Positions 1 through 7,676 of a stretch of 16,346 nt of DNA are shown here, piece after piece (position 1 is the stretch's first letter; each line of letters opens with the position of its first letter). Position numbers and translations under genes: made by a program. The notes below the pieces were generated by a model. That model was given only the letters and a program-made list of their open reading frames with translations. It was not told the origin of the DNA and did no database searches. Location of the stretch: IMG/VR virus record IMGVR_UViG_2529292829_000006. The stretch is one strand, 5' to 3'. This DNA is from a virus. Lineage: Duplodnaviria > Heunggongvirae > Uroviricota > Caudoviricetes.

Positions 1-1254
1 ATGCTGGAACAAATGGGCATTGCCGCGAAGCAAGCCTCGTATAAATTAGCGCAACTCTCCAGCCGCGAAAAAAATCGCGTGCTGGAAAAAATCGCCGATG
101 AACTGGAAGCACAAAGCGAAATCATCCTCAACGCTAACGCCCAGGATGTTGCTGACGCGCGAGCCAATGGCCTTAGCGAAGCGATGCTTGACCGTCTGGC
201 ACTGACGCCCGCACGGCTGAAAGGCATTGCCGACGATGTACGTCAGGTGTGCAACCTCGCCGATCCGGTGGGGCAGGTAATCGATGGCGGCGTACTGGAC
301 AGCGGCCTGCGTCTTGAGCGTCGTCGCGTACCGCTGGGGGTTATTGGCGTGATTTATGAAGCGCGCCCGAACGTGACGGTTGATGTCGCTTCGCTGTGCC
401 TGAAAACCGGTAATGCGGTGATCCTGCGCGGTGGCAAAGAAACGTGTCGCACTAACGCTGCAACGGTGGCGGTGATTCAGGACGCCCTGAAATCCTGCGG
501 CTTACCGGCGGGTGCCGTGCAGGCGATTGATAATCCTGACCGTGCGCTGGTCAGTGAAATGCTGCGTATGGATAAATACATCGACATGCTGATCCCGCGT
601 GGTGGCGCTGGTTTGCATAAACTGTGCCGTGAACAGTCGACAATCCCGGTGATCACAGGTGGTATAGGCGTATGCCATATTTACGTTGATGAAAGTGTAG
701 AGATCGCTGAAGCATTAAAAGTGATCGTCAACGCGAAAACTCAGCGTCCGAGCACATGTAATACGGTTGAAACGTTGCTGGTGAATAAAAACATCGCCGA
801 TAGCTTCCTGCCCGCATTAAGCAAACAAATGGCGGAAAGCGGCGTGACATTACACGCAGATGCAGCTGCACTGGCGCAGTTGCAGGCAGGCCCTGCGAAG
901 GTGGTTGCTGTTAAAGCCGAAGAGTATGACGATGAGTTTCTGTCATTAGATTTGAACGTCAAAATCGTCAGCGATCTTGACGATGCCATCGCCCATATTC
1001 GTGAACACGGCACACAACACTCCGATGCGATCCTGACCCGCGATATGCGCAACGCCCAGCGTTTTGTTAACGAAGTGGATTCGTCCGCTGTTTACGTTAA
1101 CGCCTCTACGCGTTTTACCGACGGCGGCCAGTTTGGTCTGGGTGCGGAAGTGGCGGTAAGCACACAAAAACTCCACGCGCGTGGCCCAATGGGGCTGGAA
1201 GCACTGACCACTTACAAGTGGATCGGCATTGGTGATTACACCATTCGTGCGTAA
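1..1254 (+). CDS. proA: gamma-glutamyl phosphate reductase (glutamate-5-semialdehyde dehydrogenase), complete
   Basis: 417-aa ORF starting at window position 1 with ATG; sequence recognised as enterobacterial ProA; position immediately upstream of tRNA-Thr matches the proA-thrW arrangement known from E. coli. Confidence 0.95.
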
Positions 1255-1261
1255 ATAAAAC

Positions 1262-1325
1262 CGGGTGATGCAAAAGTAGCCATTTGATTCACAAGGCCAT
1301 TGACGCATCGCCCGGTTAGTTTTAA
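1262..1325 (+). terminator. long inverted repeat downstream of proA (ACCGGGTGATGC ... GCATCGCCCGGT) followed by TAGTTTT; possible terminator or REP-like element
   Basis: Inverted repeat read directly from sequence; the loop is long (about 30 nt), so terminator function is uncertain. Confidence 0.3.
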
Positions 1326-1368
1326 CCTTGTCCACCGTGATTCACGTTCGTGAACATGTCCTTTCAGG

Positions 1369-1444
1369 GCCGATATAGCTCAGTTGGTAGAGCAGCGCAT
1401 TCGTAATGCGAAGGTCGTAGGTTCGACTCCTATTATCGGCACCA
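1369..1444 (+). tRNA. thrW: tRNA-Thr (anticodon CGU), thrW-like; integration target of the downstream element
   Basis: 76-nt sequence GCCGATATAGCTCAGTTGGTAGAGCAGCGCATTCGTAATGCGAAGGTCGTAGGTTCGACTCCTATTATCGGCACCA; acceptor stem GCCGATA/TATCGGC, D-stem GCTC/GAGC, anticodon loop TTCGTAA (CGT), T-loop GGTTCGACTCC, 3' CCA. Confidence 0.9.
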
Positions 1445-1454
1445 TTCTAATGTA

Positions 1455-1610
1455 TCCCCAAGTCTACTCAAGTATTTAAAAACCTCTTATAATCCGCATG
1501 TTAGCGCCCCTTTTAGTCTTTTGACGTCTACTTAAGTACTCCAAAATCTACAGTCAATTGGGGGTACTTTTGGGGGTATTTGCTGTTCGGTTTAGTGGAG
1601 GTACCCCCAA
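1455..1610. promoter_or_regulatory. attL-proximal repeats: direct repeat GTCTACTYAAGTA (1462..1474, 1526..1538) and TGGGGGTA copies (1559..1566, 1571..1578, inverted 1601..1610); candidate integrase arm-type sites and int promoter region
   Basis: Repeats read directly from sequence between the tRNA 3' end and the int start codon; function inferred from position. Confidence 0.35.
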
Positions 1611-2825
1611 GTGAAACTCAATGCCCGTCAAATAGACACTGCCAAGCCAAAAGAGAAGGCTTACAAGCTGGCTGATGGTGGTGGTCTGTATCTCTTGGTA
1701 AAACCTAGTGGAGGAAAATATTGGCGCTTCAAGTATCGTGTAGCTGGTAAAGAGAAGCTGTTAGCACTAGGTGTGTATCCTGAAGTTACCTTGGCTGATG
1801 CTCGTGCAAAACGTGAAGAAGCTAAAAGGGGTATCGCTGGGGGTATCGATCCGATGGAAGCGAAACGAGAGGAAAAGATTGCCCGGGAAACGCAGTTAAA
1901 CAACACCTTCAAAGATATTGCCCTTGAGTGGCACAGCAGCAAATTAAAAAAATGGTCTGCTGGTTATGCTTCAGACATCCTCGAAGCCTTCAACAAAGAT
2001 GTGTTCCCTTACATTGGCAAAAAACCAATCGCCGAAATCAAACCACTTGAACTGCTGAATGTGCTGCGGCGCATCGAGGGGCGCGGTGCTACCGAAAAAG
2101 CCAAAAAAGTGAGGCAGCGATGTGGGGAAGTTTTCCGCTATGCAATTGTCACTGGACGTGCTGAGTATAACCCTGCACCGGATCTCACCAGCGCGATGCA
2201 AGGTCATGAATCTAATCATTATCCTTTCCTCACAGCCAAAGAATTACCTGATTTTTTCAAGGCATTGTCCAGTTACTCAGGAAGTGCATTGGTTGTTATG
2301 GCGGCTCGTTTACTGATTATCACCGGTTTGCGGACTGGCGAACTGCGCGGGGCATTATGGGATGAAATCGATCTCAACAAGGCTATCTGGGAGATACCTG
2401 CTTCACGGATGAAAATGCGTCGCCCTCATGTAGTGCCTTTGTCTGAGCAGGCTCTTTCGCTTATTGGGCAGATTAAAGAACTAACTGGCAATTATCCGCT
2501 TATGTTTCCCGGCCGTAATGATCCAAGGAAAACAATGAGCGAGGCTAGCATAAACCAAGTATTTAAACGCATCGGCTATAACGGAAAGGTTACTGGTCAT
2601 GGCTTCCGGCACACTATGAGCACCATTTTGCATGAGCAGGGCTATAACACCGCGTGGATAGAGACACAGCTTGCGCACGTCGATAAAAACTCAATTCGTG
2701 GCACATACAACCATGCGCAATATCTGGATGGGCGGCGGGAAATGCTTCAGTGGTACGCTGATTATATGGATTCGCTCGAGCATGGCGGAAATGTGGTGCA
2801 TGGTGAGTTCGGAAAATGCGGGTGA
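1611..2825 (+). CDS. int: tyrosine-type site-specific integrase, P4-type
   Basis: 404-aa ORF with GTG start and GGAGG 9 nt upstream; N-terminus MKLNARQIDTAKPKEKAYKLADGGGLYLLVKPSGGKYWRFKYR typical of P4-family integrases; catalytic-region motifs LRTGELRG, HGFRHT and C-terminal Tyr region present. Confidence 0.9.
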   Translation: MKLNARQIDTAKPKEKAYKLADGGGLYLLVKPSGGKYWRFKYRVAGKEKLLALGVYPEVTLADARAKREEAKRGIAGGIDPMEAKREEKIARETQLNNTFKDIALEWHSSKLKKWSAGYASDILEAFNKDVFPYIGKKPIAEIKPLELLNVLRRIEGRGATEKAKKVRQRCGEVFRYAIVTGRAEYNPAPDLTSAMQGHESNHYPFLTAKELPDFFKALSSYSGSALVVMAARLLIITGLRTGELRGALWDEIDLNKAIWEIPASRMKMRRPHVVPLSEQALSLIGQIKELTGNYPLMFPGRNDPRKTMSEASINQVFKRIGYNGKVTGHGFRHTMSTILHEQGYNTAWIETQLAHVDKNSIRGTYNHAQYLDGRREMLQWYADYMDSLEHGGNVVHGEFGKCG

Positions 2826-2953
2826 CTGGTTGAGTATACAGTAGTAGACTTTGAGCGACGAAAGAAAAGGCTGTGTCTAGGGTCGCTCCCGAAAATCCGT
2901 ACACCTCGACGGACTGGTACAGCCACTACAGTAGAGGACGCTGAGGTGTGCGT

Positions 2954-3751
2954 ATGATTGATATTCATGCCGAATTAAACGAATACAAAAAAGATTTTAT
3001 TTCTTTACGTGAATTTCTTGAGGTCGTGCTTAAGGTCGCTGGTGATGATTATGATGTTTCAGATGTCATAACTTGGATACTCAGGAGAATAAGCGGAGAA
3101 CATATCCGCCTGTACACAGTAAATGAATTTAAGCTGTTGGAATCTTTTTGTAACCCGTATCGGGATGAATTTGATAATGATGTTCTTTATAGAAATCTGA
3201 ATGCGGTTCGGAAACGTGGTTGTTTACCTGGTGAGAGGGATGAAAATGGTTTTCTGGTGTCCGGTTATTGGGAAGATCCCGAATTTGAGAACATTGGATT
3301 TATAAGGGGTGAAATTTTCGCAATTTTTCCCGATGTCCTTGACGCGTTAACGAAGCTGGAAGGCGCTAACTCTTCTGAAAATGACGAGGCACAAGGACGC
3401 GATATTGAAAAGAAAGAGTTGCGTACAGAGGATGATTTATTATCCCAAATCGCAATGCTGGAAAAAGAAAACGCAGAGTTAAGGGCAAGGATAGAGCAGT
3501 TAGAGCAAGAGCACCCGATACACTTATATAAATACTGGGATAAAGACCCATTAGCTAAGGCTATTGAGATTAGAAACAGAGAGTGGGCCAATTACGATCC
3601 AGAAAATGATTTTGCCACCAGGGGAAATCAAGAAGCGATAACCAGGGAGCTTAAGCAGTGGGGGGCAAGTAATGCACTTGCAACGCTCATAGAGAGGACT
3701 GCCTGCCCTATTAACCGAGACAACAGCCAAAAGAACGCAAAGCCGGATTAA
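2954..3751 (+). CDS. hypothetical protein, AT-rich cargo gene directly downstream of int, with a central coiled-coil-like segment (LSQIAMLEKENAELRARIEQLEQE)
   Basis: ORF track gives 2948 (GTG); the ATG at 2954 is the more likely start. No family recognised. Low GC relative to neighbours. Confidence 0.6.
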   Translation: MIDIHAELNEYKKDFISLREFLEVVLKVAGDDYDVSDVITWILRRISGEHIRLYTVNEFKLLESFCNPYRDEFDNDVLYRNLNAVRKRGCLPGERDENGFLVSGYWEDPEFENIGFIRGEIFAIFPDVLDALTKLEGANSSENDEAQGRDIEKKELRTEDDLLSQIAMLEKENAELRARIEQLEQEHPIHLYKYWDKDPLAKAIEIRNREWANYDPENDFATRGNQEAITRELKQWGASNALATLIERTACPINRDNSQKNAKPD

Positions 3752-3765
3752 CGCACCATACCGCA

Positions 3766-3945
3766 TACCCTGAGGGTGATTTACTGTTACCCTGAGGGTA
3801 TTTTTTTATCTTCCCCGTCAATTTTACCATCACCCTTAGGGTAGATTTCCTCCAGATTACCATCACCCTTAGGGTAGATTTCCTCCAGATTACCATCACC
3901 CTTAGGGTAGATTTCCTTCCGGTAACCATTAGGCCTGAGGGTATG
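3766..3945. repeat. array of six ACCCT-N-AGGGT palindromes, including three tandem 32-bp repeats (about 3826..3921), upstream of alpA
   Basis: Copies at about 3767, 3789, 3831, 3863, 3895 and a degenerate one at 3932; read directly from sequence. The minus-strand ORF 3711..3929 with repeated WRKSTLRVMVI is a translation artefact of this array. Confidence 0.7.
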
Positions 3946-4011
3946 AAAATATTCGTTATTTCTGTGCCATGATTACCTCGTCAAATTGAGTAGACGTTAT
4001 GAGGTAAATAT

Positions 4012-4209
4012 ATGTCAAATACGCTTATTCGTTTAACAGAAGTTCAGCGTAGAACTGGATATAGCAAGGCATGGATTTATCGCCTTATGGGGCAAGGTAA
4101 ATTTCCTGCATCAGTTAAAATTGGCTCGCGAGCTATTGCTTTCGTTGAGAGTGAAATTGACGAGTGGATTAATCAGCGTATTGCGGAATCACGCGGAACA
4201 GCTACCTGA
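4012..4209 (+). CDS. alpA: AlpA-family phage/island transcriptional regulator (HTH)
   Basis: 65-aa protein with RLTEVQRRTGYSKAWIYRLMGQGKFP ... ESEIDEWINQR, the characteristic AlpA (CP4-57 regulatory protein) pattern; GAGG ribosome-binding site upstream. Confidence 0.85.
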   Translation: MSNTLIRLTEVQRRTGYSKAWIYRLMGQGKFPASVKIGSRAIAFVESEIDEWINQRIAESRGTAT

Positions 4210-4286
4210 TTAAATGGCTACGGGGCTATTGCCCCCAGCTATCCACCAGCAAATAAAAGTAACTTAATTCGATAGCAGGAGTTTTT

Positions 4287-5087
4287 ATGAAATTTCCAAA
4301 AATGCCCGTACAGGGGCGGGGCTTCGTTCGGCCTGAAAACCAGAATCTGCAAAATCTCGGCGAAATTATCCCGATTATTTCCGGCGTTATTGGCGGGAGT
4401 GAAACCAATATTGTTAGTGCCAGAGCGTTACATAAGGCGTTAGGTGTAGGGCGCGTTTTCCGTTCGTGGATCAAGGGGCGCATTGAAGAATACGGCTTCA
4501 CGGAAGGCGTGGATTATGAGGTTGTTGAATATTTGAGCCGACCCGATCCGGTGAGCGCAAAATCTCGCCAGCAAACAGCTCTTGAGTACATCATCACCGT
4601 GAACATGGCGAAAGAACTGGCGATGGTCGAACGTACCGAACAGGGCCGCGCCGTTCGCCAGTACTTTATCAAATGCGAGGAGGAGCTACACAAGGTTGCG
4701 CCTGTTCGTTCCGCAGCGTTACGCCGGGAACTGAAAGCCCGTATCACAGTTGCCAGCTACTTTAAGCCAATGTGTGCCGCGCTGGAGGCGTACCGGGCTG
4801 AACTGGGTAAAAACACACTCCAGCACCACTACACCACGGAAGCGAACATGCTGGCGCGTATCGTGCTGGGTGGCATGACTGCAAAACAGTGGGCACTGGC
4901 GAACGGCATTACAGGCGAACCACGCGACCACATGAGCACGTTGCAGCTTGAGCACCTTTCTTACCTTGAGCAGAGCAATATCACGCTGATTGAGTTAGGC
5001 CAGGACTACCACCAGCGGAAGGCTGAATTAATTCGTCTTTCGCAGCGTTGGTTAGCCCGTCGCATGGAGGAAAACAGCCATGTGTAA
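4287..5087 (+). CDS. phage antirepressor-like protein (AntA / KilA-C-type region)
   Basis: AGGAG 7 nt upstream of ATG; segment NIVSARALHKALGVGRVFRSWIKGRIEEYGFTEGVDYEV resembles antirepressor N-terminal domains, and TALEYIITVNMAKELAMVERTEQGRAVRQYFIKCEE resembles KilA-C/ANT regions. Assigned from memory of family patterns. Confidence 0.65.
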   Translation: MKFPKMPVQGRGFVRPENQNLQNLGEIIPIISGVIGGSETNIVSARALHKALGVGRVFRSWIKGRIEEYGFTEGVDYEVVEYLSRPDPVSAKSRQQTALEYIITVNMAKELAMVERTEQGRAVRQYFIKCEEELHKVAPVRSAALRRELKARITVASYFKPMCAALEAYRAELGKNTLQHHYTTEANMLARIVLGGMTAKQWALANGITGEPRDHMSTLQLEHLSYLEQSNITLIELGQDYHQRKAELIRLSQRWLARRMEENSHV

Positions 5088-5804
5088 CGCTCTGACCGTT
5101 ACAAAAAGAGAAAGCGCCCCGTTGCCGGAGCGCCTTTGTGAACGAATAGCCTACTGCGCCATATTGCTTACTGTCTACGAGGCAGATTATAGCGTTGTGG
5201 TCGCACAGAGTGAAGGCGCTGATCACCGTTACTACAGCACGCCAGAAATGCAGAATATTTTGCTGCAAAATGTCGTTGGTCACACTGTCCGGAAAGCAAA
5301 AAATTTTGCTGGTGGCGCGACTGATGCGATTTTGTCAGGTCGCCAGGTGCTGATCAATCTGATGTCTGATTTCGTTCTGGATAAAACAAAGGCGACCGCA
5401 GAGGGCCGCCAGTGGGAAAGCTACATACTTGAACGCATCGCCAACAATGCCAGATTTGCGGCTGGTGGGCAATGTGTCAGCTTTGCACCAATGACTCTAT
5501 GTTTAACTGAGGGTCATTATGGTGAATATGCTGGCTTGCTGGTGGGCTATTCCTGCTCTTTAACATTGCCATGCCGCGATGTTTTCCAGGTATGCGACCC
5601 CATTTTTGTGCGCCTGTACTCTTTAAGGAATTTCTCAAGGATAAACGCACAGGGCGCGAATCTGTTTGACTCATGCTCGTACGCTATCTTTCTGCGCTGT
5701 CTTTTCCGTGCCGGTGATGGTGTATTGGTTGATTTTTTGTTGGTCATGGCGCAGCCCTGTAAAACGATGCACCGTAGTTCCTCACACCACGGCGCTGGTG
5801 ATGG

Positions 5805-5984
5805 TTACTCCTGTTCTTTGGCCTTGCGGCGCTGGCGGTATTCAACTTCTCGCTTTAATGCTGCTGTTACAAACTGCCCTGTACTTTCACCAGGCATTTT
5901 TACCGCCTCAACATTGTTCATAACTTCATGCGGAACCCTTGCCGCAACTGTTTGTGATTTTGCGTTTACTGCTTTTGTCGCCAT
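5805..5984 (-). CDS. small (59 aa) basic protein, candidate ribbon-helix-helix (Arc-like) transcriptional regulator, divergent from the replication operon
   Basis: Hand translation of the minus strand: MATKAVNAKSQTVAARVPHEVMNNVEAVKMPGESTGQFVTAALKREVEYRQRRKAKEQE; SD AAGGGG 8 nt upstream of ATG; below the ORF-track length cutoff; operator-like palindromes lie immediately upstream. Confidence 0.5.
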   Translation of the reverse strand: MATKAVNAKSQTVAARVPHEVMNNVEAVKMPGESTGQFVTAALKREVEYRQRRKAKEQE

Positions 5985-6029
5985 GTTGTGTACCCCTTAC
6001 AAAAAACAAATGCAGTATGCAGGAAAAAA

Positions 6030-6110
6030 AATAAGTGTTCAACACTTGACGTGTTTAACACCTGGGCTTAAATTGGTGTTCAACACCTTGTTGATGCAAG
6101 GTGCAGAAAC
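6030..6110. promoter_or_regulatory. three copies of the palindrome GTGTT-N-AACAC (6035..6045, 6051..6061, 6076..6086) in the divergent intergenic region; candidate operator/promoter
   Basis: Read directly from sequence; lies between the minus-strand small gene (start 5984) and the plus-strand small-gene chain (start 6184). Confidence 0.5.
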
Positions 6111-6183
6111 GACAACGCCCCGCAGTGGTGGCACACATGCAGGGCGTCTAACCACCAACGATAGCAAGAGTATCGAGGTAGCT

Positions 6184-6387
6184 ATGAGAAATCATACCAC
6201 ACACCCGCAAGGGCGGGACTCGCACAACCTGAATAAATACATCTGGCGTTTTATCGCCCTGAGCACGGCACAACCGCGCGTAATTCACATCGAGGCCACC
6301 AGCGAACAGGAAGCACGCCAGCAATCTCCTGATGGCTGCGTGATGGTATTCGCCGCCCGTATTCGCCAGGAGGTGGAACATGTGTAA
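6184..6387 (+). CDS. small hypothetical protein (67 aa), first gene of a translationally coupled chain
   Basis: ATG at 6184 with GAGG upstream; MRNHTTHPQGRDSHNLNKYIWRFIALSTAQPRVIHIEATSEQEARQQSPDGCVMVFAARIRQEVEHV; stop overlaps the next start (ATGTGTAA). Confidence 0.45.
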   Translation: MRNHTTHPQGRDSHNLNKYIWRFIALSTAQPRVIHIEATSEQEARQQSPDGCVMVFAARIRQEVEHV

Positions 6388-6604
6388 TGCAACATGGCCT
6401 GATGCAGCGGTAGACGCTATCAAAACGCTGATGGATTCACTTATTGAGATTTCTGCTATCGCTGGTGTGGCGCATAAACACGCAGCCAGAGAATCAGAAT
6501 GCATCTCCCATTATTTAGCATTTGTGCAGCTAAAAGCCGATCAGGCACTGGATAAGGCCGGAAAAATTATCATGGCTGATGTGCAGGAGGTGCACCATGC
6601 ATAA
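6380..6604 (+). CDS. small hypothetical protein (74 aa)
   Basis: Start overlaps upstream stop (ATGTGTAA) and stop overlaps downstream start (ATGCATAA); protein-like composition. Confidence 0.5.
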   Translation: MCNATWPDAAVDAIKTLMDSLIEISAIAGVAHKHAARESECISHYLAFVQLKADQALDKAGKIIMADVQEVHHA

Positions 6605-6962
6605 CCTGTCAATTTCTGACCTTAACAGCATTCAGTTTGACGAGAAATTTACCGGGCAGTTGCTGGTCAATGTGGAGAACGGGCGCATAGTGCGTAATTA
6701 CCACCTGCCGGATGGTGCAATTGCCGGAAGCGTTGAAGCATTGCTGGAACTGGCGGAACGTGCGCGACTGATTAAGCCGTCAACGAGCCATCACGATGAT
6801 GATCTGCATTTTACCGGGCGTATGGTGAGTCACTACGAAAACGGCGTTGAAGTATCCCGCGAACGGCTGCGTGATGATTGCTGTTTCGGCACACTGCCGG
6901 AATTTATCGAGTTGCTGACCAGTTGCGGTTATCAGGTCATTCAGGGGGGTAAACATGCGTGA
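6597..6962 (+). CDS. hypothetical protein (121 aa)
   Basis: ATG at 6597 inside the track ORF 6579..6962; coupled overlaps at both ends. Confidence 0.55.
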   Translation: MHNLSISDLNSIQFDEKFTGQLLVNVENGRIVRNYHLPDGAIAGSVEALLELAERARLIKPSTSHHDDDLHFTGRMVSHYENGVEVSRERLRDDCCFGTLPEFIELLTSCGYQVIQGGKHA

Positions 6963-7188
6963 TGATCGTTTTAATTCCCTGAAACGGGAATTTGATGGCG
7001 CACCGGAAGATGCAGCGGGCGCATTGTTGAGCGTTGCTGACATGATGAAAGCTGCATATTTTCTTATCAATACCAGTGGCTACAAGTCAGAGGGGGAAAT
7101 GATTCTTAGTATTGCGTCGGACTATGCGGAATATGTGGCAGAGACGCGTTACAGAAGAAAATTCACGGAGGATGTAAGCCATGCATAA
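6955..7188 (+). CDS. small hypothetical protein (77 aa)
   Basis: ATGCGTGA overlap with upstream gene, ATGCATAA overlap with downstream gene. Confidence 0.55.
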   Translation: MRDDRFNSLKREFDGAPEDAAGALLSVADMMKAAYFLINTSGYKSEGEMILSIASDYAEYVAETRYRRKFTEDVSHA

Positions 7189-7381
7189 TCATGAAGCGCA
7201 TGTACCCGTAGTGCTTAATGTGCCAGATGATTTCACCGGACGCGTACTGGTTTACCTGGATAAAGGGAAAGTGAAATCACAATGCCGACTGAAAAGTAAT
7301 GAGATTGTTGGTTCTCCTGAATTTTTTTCTGAACTTTGTATTCGTGCGGAAATAAAACCGGAACTGCTGACAGGAAAATAA
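7181..7381 (+). CDS. small hypothetical protein (66 aa)
   Basis: Coupled start; protein-like composition. Confidence 0.5.
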   Translation: MHNHEAHVPVVLNVPDDFTGRVLVYLDKGKVKSQCRLKSNEIVGSPEFFSELCIRAEIKPELLTGK

Positions 7382-7385
7382 AACC

Positions 7386-7676
7386 ATGAAAAAGAAAAAT
7401 TCTGGCTTTACTGCCAGCGGCCTCTCTCGGCCTGAAATCCGCCCCGGTGATATTTTCCGGGACACCAGACGCGGGGGACGGGTGGTTATTCGTCACGTTA
7501 CGCCAGGCAATATCACCTACCGCCGTGAGGCTTACGAATATGACTGCGTAATGCCGCGCCGTCAGTTTGATCGTGATTTTATTGTGGTGGAAAACAAACA
7601 ACAGGCAGTGGCGAGACGTGCAGCCACGAATATTAAAAAAATCCGGGCAATGTTGGTTGCGGGAGGTAAGAAGTGA
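7386..7676 (+). CDS. small basic hypothetical protein (96 aa)
   Basis: Stop overlaps the GTG start of the primase/helicase gene (GTGA). Confidence 0.55.
   Translation: MKKKNSGFTASGLSRPEIRPGDIFRDTRRGGRVVIRHVTPGNITYRREAYEYDCVMPRRQFDRDFIVVENKQQAVARRAATNIKKIRAMLVAGGKK

Larger units (their letters stand above)
5080..6387 (+). other. long open frame, probably not one real CDS: first ~130 codons protein-like and start-coupled to the upstream gene (ATGTGTAA overlap); the remainder is Cys-rich and runs across an antisense small gene and an operator-bearing intergenic region
   Basis: About 15 Cys in the central ~250 residues; overlaps the minus-strand gene 5805..5984 and the palindromes at 6035..6086; the C-terminal 67 codons coincide with a separately initiated small gene (6184..6387). 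Confidence 0.3.

Noticed and set aside
946-1335. Minus-strand ORFs antisense to proA (741..1052, 946..1335)
   Set aside because: They fully overlap the well-supported proA CDS; antisense open frames with atypical composition.
3826-3921. Tandem repeats considered as a possible CRISPR array
   Set aside because: The repeats are directly contiguous with no spacers, there are only three units, and each contains an operator-like palindrome; not CRISPR architecture.
3711-3929. Minus-strand 72-aa ORF with internally repeated peptide WRKSTLRVMVI
   Set aside because: It is the translation of the 32-bp tandem DNA repeat array; the periodicity is at the DNA level in an intergenic regulatory region.
5547-5747. 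Minus-strand 66-aa ORF downstream of the RHH-like gene
   Set aside because: Not rejected outright, but left unannotated: no clear ribosome-binding site and borderline composition; it shares the frame of the RHH-like gene, so it may be a remnant of a longer ancestral gene.
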